From: Chthonomonadales bacterium
Lineage (GTDB): Bacteria > Armatimonadota > Chthonomonadetes > Chthonomonadales > Chthonomonadaceae
DNA length: 53,275 nucleotides
Direction: 5' to 3'
NCBI GenBank assembly: GCA_038217285.1
Contig: JBBQPO010000007.1
Span: 1-53,275, forward strand
Both the position numbers and the translations under genes were made by a program. Positions 27,667 to 36,790 of the stretch are shown in pieces; within the stretch, counting starts at the first letter, position 1; every line of letters starts with the position of its first letter. The notes beneath the pieces were generated by a model. It worked only from the letters and a program-made list of their open reading frames with translations, ran no database searches and was not told where the DNA came from.

Positions 27667-28029
27667 TTAAAGACCCAGAACGTCGTCGTGGGTGCTGGAA
27701 GCAATAGCCATCACCTGAGCGATCAGCTCCGGGGGCGCGCCCAACTCCTGCAAGGTCGATTGCAGATGCCCGGCAACGGCGTTGAAGTGGCTCTCGTTCA
27801 GGCCTTGCAGGACGAGATGGGCGTGCGCCGCCCGCATATCCTTGCCGGAGTAGTGATTCGGCCCGCCGAAAGCGTAGGTCAGAAAGGCTTTCTGTTTGGC
27901 GGCCTGACGCTCCATATCCGTGTCGTCGAAAAAGTGGCTGATGCTGTCATCGGTCAGCACTTTGCGATAAAAGATGTCCACAGCCGCATTGACAGCGGCC
28001 TCCCCACCCAGCGATTCATACAGTGACAT
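27667..28029 (-). CDS. Group I truncated hemoglobin (GlbN-like)
   Basis: SLYESLGG...FYRKV...FLTYAFGGPNHYSGKDMRAAH; GAGGAGG RBS. Confidence 0.92.
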   Translation of the reverse strand: MSLYESLGGEAAVNAAVDIFYRKVLTDDSISHFFDDTDMERQAAKQKAFLTYAFGGPNHYSGKDMRAAHAHLVLQGLNESHFNAVAGHLQSTLQELGAPPELIAQVMAIASSTHDDVLGL

Positions 28030-28085
28030 CGGTATCCTCCTCTGTGAAAACGCCGCGTTCAGCGTCATCGACGATGCGGTAGTGT

Positions 28086-28116
28086 AAACTGGATAAGTAT
28101 ATCCAGTTTTATTATA
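28086..28116 (-). promoter_or_regulatory. Palindromic operator directly downstream of the -10 box of the globin promoter
   Basis: AAACTGGATA-agta-TATCCAGTTT (28086-28109), perfect 10-4-10; TATAAT on the minus strand at 28116-28111. Confidence 0.75.
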
Positions 28117-28232
28117 CCGCGATGGGAGGCGTTGCTTTATCCCCTGAATGGCGGATTGTTCAATTTTTCTGCGAGATGGAATCGGCGGTTGGCGTGCCGG
28201 TCAAGCGAAACGAGGGCGACATGACACGCCGG

Positions 28233-28676
28233 TCAACCTTGAGGCATATCTACGGGGAATGGGCAAAGGGGCTTACTGGTGTTCGGTTCGCGCAGCAGGT
28301 CGGCCATGGTGGAATCCCGAAACGACTGCTCGACCAGGGAGAGGGCGTCGTCCAGGCGACGGTGCAGCGGACACAGATGGGTGCCGTGCGCTTTGAGGCC
28401 GAGCGGGCAGGTCGTGATCCGGCGGAGCGGGTCCACCGCCTGGACCACATCATAGACGGTCAGTGTCTCGGGATCCTTCACCAGGTGAAAGCCGCCATGC
28501 AGCCCGCGCTGCGAACGGATCAGTCCGGCCCGCGCCAGCGCCTGAAGAACCTTGGAGAGGTAAGGCGGCGGGACATGCGTGGTGTCTGCGATCTGCTGCG
28601 TCGTCTGCGCCACAGCGGGTTGACTGGCTAAGTGCGCGATAGCCCGCAACGCATATTCGGCGGTCTGAGAAATCAT
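28233..28676 (-). CDS. Rrf2-family transcriptional regulator
   Basis: SQTAEYALRA, YLSKVLQAL...SQRGLHGGF and CPLG...HLCPLH motifs. Confidence 0.92.
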   Translation of the reverse strand: MISQTAEYALRAIAHLASQPAVAQTTQQIADTTHVPPPYLSKVLQALARAGLIRSQRGLHGGFHLVKDPETLTVYDVVQAVDPLRRITTCPLGLKAHGTHLCPLHRRLDDALSLVEQSFRDSTMADLLREPNTSKPLCPFPVDMPQG

Positions 28677-28705
28677 CTGAGTCTGCTCCTACTCTACTAT
28701 ACGTG

Positions 28706-29758
28706 TCAGGGCTGGATGATGGTTTTCACCGCGCCGTTGGAGCCGTTGAGGAGCGAGGTCAGGACGAAGGGGAGAGAGGTGAGCGGGGCGGTCTGCTGGA
28801 GGAAGGCAGGGGCCGGGACATCGCCGCGCGCGATGAGGTCGAGCGCCTGGCGGAAGGTTTCCGGTGTGTGGTGGAAGGCGCCTACCAGCGTGAGTTCGTC
28901 GTAGTGGACGCGATGGGTGTCGAGGCGGACGAAGGTCTCGGCGGGACAGCCGCCGAACAGGCTGACGGTTCCAGCCTTGCGGACCAGAGCGATGGCCTGC
29001 TCCCAGACTTCCGGCCTGCCGACCGCTTCGATCACTCTATCCGGGCCGCGTTCCCCTTCGGTGCGACTGCGCAGCAGCGGCAGGATGTCGGGCACGGCGG
29101 CGATATCGAAGACTTCGGCAGCACCCAGTCTGGCGGCGAGGGCGAGGCGCTCGGCGCGACGGCCCGCCGCCAGCACCCGCGCTCCCGCCAGCACGCAGAG
29201 CCGCACGAACAGCAGGCCGATCGGCCCCAGGCCCAGCACCACAACGGTTTCGCCGCAATGCACCGGCACGGCCGCCATACCGCGTACCACGCAGGCGAGG
29301 GGCTCGGTCAGCGCGGCCTCCGCGAAGGAGAGGGATTCGGGAATGGCGTAGAGGTTTTTGGCGACGATGCGGGCCGGAATAGTGACGGCTTCGGCGTAAG
29401 CGCCGTTCAGAAATAGCAGGTCTTCGCATAGCTCCGGCGCGGCGCGGCGGCAGTAGAAGCAGTCGCCGCAGGGCGCGGAGTTGGCGGCGACCACACGCTG
29501 ACCGATCTGCCAACTCTCGACGCCTGCGCCGACCGCGTCGATGGCGCCCGCGAACTCATGGCCGAACACGGCAGGCGGACGAATCATGCGGGCGTGGTAG
29601 CCGCGCCGAAACACCTTGACATCGGTGCCGCAGGTGAGCGCCGCCCCGATGCGTACCCGCACCTCTCCCGGCCCGACACCAGGCACCGGAACCCGCTCGA
29701 TACGCACATCCTCCTTGCCATAGAGGACGGCTGCCGTCATCATCGTCGGCTCGCTCAT
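28706..29758 (-). CDS. Zinc-dependent alcohol/polyol dehydrogenase (MDR)
   Basis: CGTD, GHEFAG, CxxCxxC...C and GLGPIG motifs. Confidence 0.92.
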   Translation of the reverse strand: MSEPTMMTAAVLYGKEDVRIERVPVPGVGPGEVRVRIGAALTCGTDVKVFRRGYHARMIRPPAVFGHEFAGAIDAVGAGVESWQIGQRVVAANSAPCGDCFYCRRAAPELCEDLLFLNGAYAEAVTIPARIVAKNLYAIPESLSFAEAALTEPLACVVRGMAAVPVHCGETVVVLGLGPIGLLFVRLCVLAGARVLAAGRRAERLALAARLGAAEVFDIAAVPDILPLLRSRTEGERGPDRVIEAVGRPEVWEQAIALVRKAGTVSLFGGCPAETFVRLDTHRVHYDELTLVGAFHHTPETFRQALDLIARGDVPAPAFLQQTAPLTSLPFVLTSLLNGSNGAVKTIIQP

Positions 29759-30816
29759 GGCATGACCAGCACTTTCAGGGAGTTGTCACGCGGGTGCGAG
29801 GCGAGGTCGAGGGCGTCGGCGATGGCATCGAGGGAGAAACGATGCGTGATGAGGGGACGCACATCCACGCGGCGCGAGAAGAGAAGATCCGCGGCCTCGG
29901 CCTGCAAGGTGATGTCGCTGCTATAGGAGCCGAGCAGCCGCTTCTCCTGCATGCAGATCGCCCCGGCATCCACTTCCAGCGGATCGTTCAGGCGCGTCTG
30001 CGCGAAGAGCAGTACGCTGCCCGCCTGCCGCACCGCCGCGAAAGCGCCCGCCACGACGCCGGTATCCGGCACGGCGACCACGGCGAGGTCGGCCCCTCGC
30101 CCCTCCGAGAGTTCTTGAAGAACGGAGAGCACATTCTCCTTCTCAGGATCGAGCGCGGCGTCCGCCCCAAGCTGTCGGGAGATTTCGCGGCGGGCGGCGA
30201 ATCGGTCGGTGGTCACCACGCGCGCCCCTGACGCCTTTGCCAGCAGCGTAAAGAGCAGCCCTATCGGCCCCTGCCCGATCACAAACACCGTATCGCCCTC
30301 CCGCACTCCCGCCGTGCGAATCCCTTTCAAGCAGGTGTTGAGCGGCTCGACGAAGCTGGCCTCTTCAAAACTCACGTCGTCGGGAATCCGCACCATTCCG
30401 CCCGCCGCGCACCAGTCCATGACACGCACATACTCGGCGAACCCACCGCCTGCCGGCTCGAAGCCCGCCGTCGTCCCGGTCCGCTTGTAGACCGGGCACT
30501 GCGCGAAGGCGCGGCGAGAGCAGAAAAAGCAGTCCGGGCGCAGGCAAGGCACATGATGGTTCAGGACGACGCGCGCGCCGACCTGCCAGTCCGTCACATC
30601 CGCTCCGACGGCCGCAATCGTTCCCGCCGTCTCGTGCCCGAAGATACGGGGAGGAGGCATCAACCCCAGATGAATCTTCTTCAAATCGGTGCCGCAGACG
30701 CCGCAGACGGCCACGCGGACCAGCACCTCGCGCGGCCCGATCGCCGGGATCGGCACCCGCTCCACCTCGACCCGATCCACGCCCCGATAGACTGCCGCTC
30801 GCATCGTCTCCGTCAC
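29755..30816 (-). CDS. Zinc-dependent alcohol/polyol dehydrogenase (MDR)
   Basis: CGTD, GHETAG, structural Zn cysteines and GQGPIG; ATGA overlap with the downstream paralog. Confidence 0.92.
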   Translation of the reverse strand: MTETMRAAVYRGVDRVEVERVPIPAIGPREVLVRVAVCGVCGTDLKKIHLGLMPPPRIFGHETAGTIAAVGADVTDWQVGARVVLNHHVPCLRPDCFFCSRRAFAQCPVYKRTGTTAGFEPAGGGFAEYVRVMDWCAAGGMVRIPDDVSFEEASFVEPLNTCLKGIRTAGVREGDTVFVIGQGPIGLLFTLLAKASGARVVTTDRFAARREISRQLGADAALDPEKENVLSVLQELSEGRGADLAVVAVPDTGVVAGAFAAVRQAGSVLLFAQTRLNDPLEVDAGAICMQEKRLLGSYSSDITLQAEAADLLFSRRVDVRPLITHRFSLDAIADALDLASHPRDNSLKVLVMP

Positions 30817-31130
30817 CGTCGATGTCCCTCCCCAATTTTCTCATTATAGCAGGAGACGGCGAACTTTTCGCCGTCGGCATCGTCCTCATGGTCCGCGCAC
30901 GAAACGGAAAATATCAGGGTTGGGCAATAATAGCCCTATTTTGCGCATTCCGTAGACAATACGCAAAAACCGGCTCATTTTGTAAGGGTGTTGTAAGGCA
31001 AGTAAGGATAATAGGCATATCGGGGCTCAGATCGGTTTTTTCCAGCGATCTGCGCTGCTGTTTCCCGGTGAGCTTATTTCCCTACGGCAGAGGTCATGCC
31101 GCACACTTAGAAAGTTGAGGAAAAGCAACT

Positions 31131-31526
31131 ATGTTTCGTCTTCCCTTCCGCACGCTTCTGGGCTTCGCTGTTCTGGTTCTGCCTATGTCGACTCAGGCCG
31201 ACCTGGTGGTAAATGGCACTTTTGACGTCTTTGTTCCCATCAATGAGACGGGGGGCGGATGGACCAATATAAACACCGATGGGGTTTTCGTGTTCGAAAG
31301 TCCAGGTTTGACGGATAGGCTCTTCCACTCCTTCAACGTCAACTTCGTCGCTCCCGCCGGCAGCGTCACCCTCGCTCTGGCTGCGGAACGAAACGGCACC
31401 GACAGCGACTTTGCAGTCGATAATATCTCGTTGAATGCGGTTTCCGCGCCGGCCACGCCCGAGCCCGGCGCTTACGCCCTGGTCCTGGCAGGCGGACTCT
31501 CCGGAACCGCCGCAAAGGACGGGTAG
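31131..31526 (+). pseudogene. PEP-CTERM-type protein, apparently internally deleted and lacking the basic tail
   Basis: Signal peptide, DLVVNGTF, FAVDNISL, then TPEPGAYALVLAGGLSG ending AAKDG*; only 131 aa. Confidence 0.55.
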
Positions 31527-31645
31527 TAATCTCATATTTGCGCATAATCCGTACCAGACGAGGGCGACCAATGCGTATGCCCTGTTAAGACACTGCTTCG
31601 CAATCTCACGCATTTCCCTCCTTAGAAAGGACCGCTTTGATAATA

Positions 31646-31694
31646 CGCAGACATTTTTGGCCGTAGCTCCGCGCTACGGCCAAAAATGTCTGCG
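31646..31694. repeat. Perfect 22-bp inverted repeat (5-nt loop) between convergent PEP-CTERM genes
   Basis: CGCAGACATTTTTGGCCGTAGC-tccgc-GCTACGGCCAAAAATGTCTGCG. Confidence 0.85.
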
Positions 31695-31758
31695 ACAGAA
31701 CGGACGCTGAATTGTGATTCCTCTCGAAGAGACCACGCCCGTTGACTCTTGGAGTTGA

Positions 31759-32430
31759 TCAGAGAGACTGTTTTTTTGTGCGTCGGCGTCGGATGGCGAG
31801 CAGGCCGAACAGACTGATGCCCGAGGTGCTGAAGAGGGCAAGGCTGCCTGGTTCGGGTGTCGCCGTACCGAACGCGCCGCCTGTCAGCGTGATGTGATCC
31901 AGGCCGATGTAGTTTCCGCTTCCGGAAGCGACGGTTCCTGTGAAGTTAAGGGTGGTCGGGCCGGTGGCCGTAAAACTTGTCGTCTGCTGCAACCAGAAAG
32001 GCCCGGTACCAGCATTGGAGAAGGTGGCGGGGGCGCCGATTCCTGAGACTAGCACACTGGAGGTGCCTCCTCCCGACCCCAGAAAGAAACTGAGGTTATA
32101 GGTCTGACCCGCCAGCGTGTTGATGGTCTGTTGAAGACCGCCATAGGGGGAGGCGTCGTGGTAGCCGGTCAGGTCGAGGTGAATAGTGCCGCTTTGCGCG
32201 GTCAGGCTAAAGCTATTGGCGTTTTTGATAACGGCCAGTTCGGCATTCGTCGTTGTCCATCCCGTGATGTTGGTCGCGCCGGGACTCAGCGAGTCCGCGC
32301 CGTTGCCATCAAAAGTATACGTGCCGGTCTCAAAGTCACCGTTGTTAAGTTGCGCTTCGGCGACCGGGCCGAGCGCGATTCCGGCGAGACAACCCACCAG
32401 AGTGAGTGCATGGATCCTGTGTAAACGCAT
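31759..32430 (-). CDS. PEP-CTERM sorting domain protein (DUF642-like carbohydrate-binding fold)
   Basis: Signal peptide, NGDFE, LDLTG...GGLQQTINTLAGQTYNLSF, then TPEPGSLALF-TM-RRRR. Confidence 0.85.
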   Translation of the reverse strand: MRLHRIHALTLVGCLAGIALGPVAEAQLNNGDFETGTYTFDGNGADSLSPGATNITGWTTTNAELAVIKNANSFSLTAQSGTIHLDLTGYHDASPYGGLQQTINTLAGQTYNLSFFLGSGGGTSSVLVSGIGAPATFSNAGTGPFWLQQTTSFTATGPTTLNFTGTVASGSGNYIGLDHITLTGGAFGTATPEPGSLALFSTSGISLFGLLAIRRRRTKKQSL

Positions 32431-32651
32431 AAGAATTCCTTTCTGAACAACTCCTATAGGGAGTTGTGGGAGGCTACGAGGCGTGAAATGAACACCCTCT
32501 GTGATAACATAAGCCTAATACAGCGGTCAAATAACATATTGGACACGCGAAAGTTTGCTTCCTCCTCTGATTTGCCAAAGGGGTGTGCGCACAGATTAGG
32601 CAACGAGGGCTTGACGCGCCAATCGCCGAAAATTGGGACGCTCTGTGTTGC

Positions 32652-32885
32652 AGACGGCGCAGCGGACCTGGGGGTCTGCCTCCGGTAGCGCCCCGACCGA
32701 ATCCCGCGATGGCCGGTAAGCCCGGACAGCAGGGGATGGGCATGGGAATGGCGCGTGCCGGGAACGATCCCCTGGCGCGTATGGCCGTCATGCGCAACCG
32801 TGTCAGCCCTCCCACCCCGAGGCAGCAGGCCTACGAGGATATGTTCTGGGCGCTGCTCAACTCCAGCGAGTTCGTCTTCAACCCT
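32652..32885 (+). pseudogene. Orphan C-terminal remnant of a DUF1549/DUF1553-type protein
   Basis: ...PPTPRQQAYEDMFWALLNSSEFVFN matches the conserved C-terminal motif of DUF1553 proteins; no credible 5' part and no normal stop. Confidence 0.65.
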
Positions 32886-33864
32886 TCAACGGAGGCAGGT
32901 AGTCGGTGGCGCGGCGGAGTTCCGCGAAGAAGAGGTACTGTTGCGCCCAGCCCGCATACGCGCCGAACCGGGAGTGGTATTCGGCGCGCAGAGCGGCGTA
33001 GACGCGGGGGGTCAGAGAGGCGTCGGCGAGATCGGGCCGGAAGAGGCGCACCGCGATCTGGCGCGTATGGGTGTCTATCGGGGCGACCTCGTCTTTGTCC
33101 AGGGCGAACAGGCTGATGCAGTCGGCGATTTTGGCTCCGATGCCGTGCAGCGCGACCAGTTCCGCGTGGACTTCGGCGGAGGGGCGGGAGCGCAGAGAGA
33201 GCAGCCAGTCGGGGGGCAGGGTCTGAAGATGCCGCGCCAGCGCGATGACACGCGGGGCGCGATATCCCCACAGGTCAGCCCGTAGCGCTTTCTCGTCCGC
33301 CGCCGCCAGGGCGGCGACCGTCGGGAAGGCATGGAACGGCTGGGCAAAAGGGTGTGGCGGATCATCCTGCGGCAGGGGAATAAGAGCGCCGTAGCGCTGC
33401 GCCAGTTTGCGGACGCTGCGCTCTATCTTGGTGACCGTGTTGCAGGTCGCGCACTGAAACCCGAAAAAGCATTCGACTGGCGGCTGCCGAAGGATACGCA
33501 GGCCCCGAAAAGCGGCGATGGCAGCGGCCATCTGCGGTTCCGCCGCGATCCAGTCCGCATAGAGCGCAGGCAGATCGACATCCAGGCGAAAATAGTCGCG
33601 GACGAAGGCGCGGCGATTCGGTTGGGGGAAAGTCTGCCAGAGGAGCGGGCTTCCCGGTTCGCCTTCTGCCTGCCGCGCCGCGATCACCGTCTCCTCCACC
33701 GCCCCCCACCACGTGCCAACCGCATCCCGCTGCCACCGAAAGCTCTGCCCACTCGCCAGGGTCGCCGACAGGTGAAAAGGGTTGCCCCCGCAATCCTCCC
33801 GATTCCAGCCCTCCTCGTCGCTCGGTCTGCTTCTGTCCGGGAACCGGCTGTTCTGATCGATCAT
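32878..33864 (-). CDS. 8-oxoguanine DNA glycosylase (OGG1-like, HhH-GPD)
   Basis: TLASGQSFRW, GLRILRQ, GYRA, LHGIGAKIADCISLF, PIDTH and YAGWAQQYLF motifs. Confidence 0.9.
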   Translation of the reverse strand: MIDQNSRFPDRSRPSDEEGWNREDCGGNPFHLSATLASGQSFRWQRDAVGTWWGAVEETVIAARQAEGEPGSPLLWQTFPQPNRRAFVRDYFRLDVDLPALYADWIAAEPQMAAAIAAFRGLRILRQPPVECFFGFQCATCNTVTKIERSVRKLAQRYGALIPLPQDDPPHPFAQPFHAFPTVAALAAADEKALRADLWGYRAPRVIALARHLQTLPPDWLLSLRSRPSAEVHAELVALHGIGAKIADCISLFALDKDEVAPIDTHTRQIAVRLFRPDLADASLTPRVYAALRAEYHSRFGAYAGWAQQYLFFAELRRATDYLPPLKG

Positions 33865-33914
33865 CGCGAAACCTGTCTCTTCCTGCGCCCAGGCGAACCG
33901 GCGACGTCCGGCAG

Positions 33915-35156
33915 CTATTCGGTCGCGCGGCGATCTACGATCCGCATCTGCGTGGAGAGGGAGTAGGCCGGAATCCCGACAGACGTCAAGTCGATCTCTC
34001 CGAAAGCGGCCAGACAGCCGTCGCTTGGCAGAGGTATCGTTGTCGTCCAGCCTTCGGCGGCCAGAGCCAGCGGACTGGATTCCCAGACGCAGGACCGAAA
34101 GTCCAGCGTCTCGGATCGGGCGAGCCAGACACGGGCCGCAGACGCAGACGCGTCCGTATTCAAGACGAGGTGCAGACCAAAATCGCTCTCCTGGAACTTC
34201 CAGTCGAGCGGTGGCAAGGGAATGTCCGAAGCGACGGAATGAACGAACGCCAGTGTCGTCCGCCAGATTCGCTGCGGATCATTCAGGCCGTGACCCGAAT
34301 TAGGAATGTAGAGGATATGCTTCGGACCGACCAACCCGTCCCAGTAGAGGTTCAGCGCATCGGTGGCCCAGTAGCGGTCGTTGGAGCCGTTCATCATCAG
34401 TTTGGGCAGCGCCAGCCGCTCCCGATAGGTGTAGGGATCGATGATCTGTGCCAGTCGAAAGCCTTCCGGAGTACTCATCCGCGCCTGCAGATCATATTCC
34501 GTATAGTCGCTGATCTGCTCACTGTAGTCGGTCCAGACTTCGCGCTGATGCGGCATCTGCGCGAACAGGTTCAGGTTGTCGTAGACCATGGGAATGATCC
34601 CGGCGACCCGACTGTCTGCGACGGAGGAGAGCCAGGTCGTCCAGCCGCGTTTCGACATCCCGCTGACCACGAATCGCTCCGGCGCAACGCGCCCCGTCTC
34701 ACGCAGCAACGCTTGAACGGCGTCTATGGCCCGCATCGCACTTTTGGTCATCGGCAGTAACAGGGGCCAGTCGGGCTTCCCGGTATCGAGGCACTGCACG
34801 AGCGTATAGGCGATCAGTTCGTCCTCGACTTTACCCTCGAAGAGCGGTTGATTGGGAACGTCGAAGAGGAAGGCGCAGATCAGCCCGGATTCCGTAGAGA
34901 GATCTCCGAGGCCGTTATAGTAGTTCGAATCTCCGAAGTCGCCCCCGACACCAAGCAGAGCCATCTCCGGAAAAGTCGTTCTGTCCGGCACGAACAGATG
35001 CAGTCGATGTTTCCAGACGATGCCCTGCCACACCTGAGAGGTTAGTTCCAGATCGTACAGCTTTCCACCATCGCGCTTCTCTTCCCCCAGAATCGCATAG
35101 CCGTAGGCGGCATCGGGGCGATCTATATAGTCGGACAGTTCCGTCGGCAGGCTCAT
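33915..35156 (-). CDS. PhoPQ-activated pathogenicity-related (PqaA-like) alpha/beta hydrolase
   Basis: LTSQVW, WPLLLPMTKS, GMSKRGWTTW, DPY...LPK and PNSGH motifs. Confidence 0.85.
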   Translation of the reverse strand: MSLPTELSDYIDRPDAAYGYAILGEEKRDGGKLYDLELTSQVWQGIVWKHRLHLFVPDRTTFPEMALLGVGGDFGDSNYYNGLGDLSTESGLICAFLFDVPNQPLFEGKVEDELIAYTLVQCLDTGKPDWPLLLPMTKSAMRAIDAVQALLRETGRVAPERFVVSGMSKRGWTTWLSSVADSRVAGIIPMVYDNLNLFAQMPHQREVWTDYSEQISDYTEYDLQARMSTPEGFRLAQIIDPYTYRERLALPKLMMNGSNDRYWATDALNLYWDGLVGPKHILYIPNSGHGLNDPQRIWRTTLAFVHSVASDIPLPPLDWKFQESDFGLHLVLNTDASASAARVWLARSETLDFRSCVWESSPLALAAEGWTTTIPLPSDGCLAAFGEIDLTSVGIPAYSLSTQMRIVDRRATE

Positions 35157-35242
35157 GTCGGGTCGGCTCCTTCTTCTTCATACACAGAACGTGTCCCTGT
35201 GTTCTGCGAAGGCAGCCCCGACTCCTGCCGGAAGCCGGAACG

Positions 35243-35848
35243 TCACCTCGTGGCTTCCTTCACAAACCGTTCGGCCATCTCATGGACAACCACGTAGGGC
35301 TGCTCGGCCACCCACTCCTCCGGAAACATCCAGGTGGGCACGTTCCAGACGCCCGCCGCATGGGCAGGGTCGTCGTACTCGACGATGCGGTCCCGATATA
35401 CCCGTTCCTCCAATGCTTTGGTGAAAGCAGCAACATCCAGTCCGGTCTTTTCAGCAACGTCCATCAGTACGGCCATATCGGCGATGTCGCGGTCCTCCTC
35501 CCAGTAGGCATGGTAGACAGCCCCCAGATAGGCGTTCGCCTTACCGGTCGCCTTCGCGAACTCCACGCCTTCCAGCGCCCGCCGGGAGCGGGAAAAGGGA
35601 CGGGACCGTTTCGGCACGGTCAGACCTTCGGCCAGCAGAAACAGGTCGAAGCGGCCGGGAATGCGCGGCTTCTTGGGCGCGTCAGGCTCTGGAGCCGACG
35701 GTGTGTACTCCAGTCCCTCGGGCAGCAGTTCGTAGCCGCGCCAGTCCAGTTCCAGCGTGGGAAACTCAGCGGTGAGTTTTTTGGCCTGCTCCCAGGCGAC
35801 CCAGCACCAGGGACAGATGAAATCGTGCGCAACGGTGAGACGGGGCAT
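35243..35848 (-). CDS. DsbA/FrnE-family oxidoreductase
   Basis: HDFICPWCW and GVWNVPT motifs. Confidence 0.85.
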   Translation of the reverse strand: MPRLTVAHDFICPWCWVAWEQAKKLTAEFPTLELDWRGYELLPEGLEYTPSAPEPDAPKKPRIPGRFDLFLLAEGLTVPKRSRPFSRSRRALEGVEFAKATGKANAYLGAVYHAYWEEDRDIADMAVLMDVAEKTGLDVAAFTKALEERVYRDRIVEYDDPAHAAGVWNVPTWMFPEEWVAEQPYVVVHEMAERFVKEATR

Positions 35849-36091
35849 AGTCGAAACCTCTCTTCGTAATTATGGACGGTACGCCGATAGCGGCTCTGCC
35901 TCTTCATACGAACAGAGGAGGCAGACGTTCTGCCTCCGGAAGGGCCTTCCTCCGTCGGCAGAAGGTCGAGGGCCGTTCGTCTCAGGCCCTGGTGTTGCTG
36001 GCAGGCAGGCGAAAAAGAGAACAAAAAAGTTTCCGGCGGCGTCTTTCCCTTCGATTCTATACATCTCTGTTACGGAATGGAAATCGACCCC

Positions 36092-36559
36092 ATGCAAAAG
36101 ACGAGTACTCAGCTTTTTCTACGCACGTTTGGTCTCGGAGTGGTCGCGGGAATGCGCTCGCTGTCGGCTCCGGCACTGCTGCGCGGCTGGATCTCCCGGC
36201 AGCGTCATCTGGCTCCTACACCGCTGGACCATGTGGCGACTCCGACCGTACTGGCCGTGATGGCAGCGGGGGAGATGGTTGCGGACAAATTGCCGTTTAC
36301 GCCGGACAGGACCAGCCCTCCCAGCGTCGCGTTTCGGGCGCTTTCAGGGGCGCTCGTCGGAGGCAGCTTCTGTGCGGCCAACCGGCGCAACCCGGTGGCA
36401 GGCGCCGTTATCGGAGCGGTCGGAGCCGTGGCCGCGACCTACGCCGCCTTTCATCTCCGCCGCTACCTCGTCAAAGAGAGGGGCCTCCCGGATATGGTGG
36501 TCGCCCTGGCGGAGGACGCCGCGACGGCGTCCCTCGGTCGAATCCTTCTCCCCGAGTAG
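36092..36559 (+). CDS. DUF4126-like membrane protein
   Basis: GVVAGMRS, GEMVADKLPFTPDRT and ALAED motifs. Confidence 0.75.
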   Translation: MQKTSTQLFLRTFGLGVVAGMRSLSAPALLRGWISRQRHLAPTPLDHVATPTVLAVMAAGEMVADKLPFTPDRTSPPSVAFRALSGALVGGSFCAANRRNPVAGAVIGAVGAVAATYAAFHLRRYLVKERGLPDMVVALAEDAATASLGRILLPE

Positions 36560-36790
36560 GCCAAACGCGACCAGCCTGCCGGGTCCATGAGAACCAGACG
36601 CGCTCGTTTTGTGTCCCCTCTTCCTGTTCTGGGAGAGGGGTTTTTCTACGGGTTCCACGCGATACGCTCTGCGGAATATCCTGTGCGGGACGCGGCACTT
36701 GTGTTATAATTGCGGTTAGCAGGCGAGGCGGCCCGTCCCCTGGAGGACGGTCGGTTTCGCTGAATCGGCAAGACCTATGGAGAGGTGACA

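Noticed and set aside
32583-33116. 177-aa ORF as a real gene
   Set aside because: Only the middle (DUF1553-like tail) is protein-like; the rest is promoter DNA or antisense to the glycosylase.
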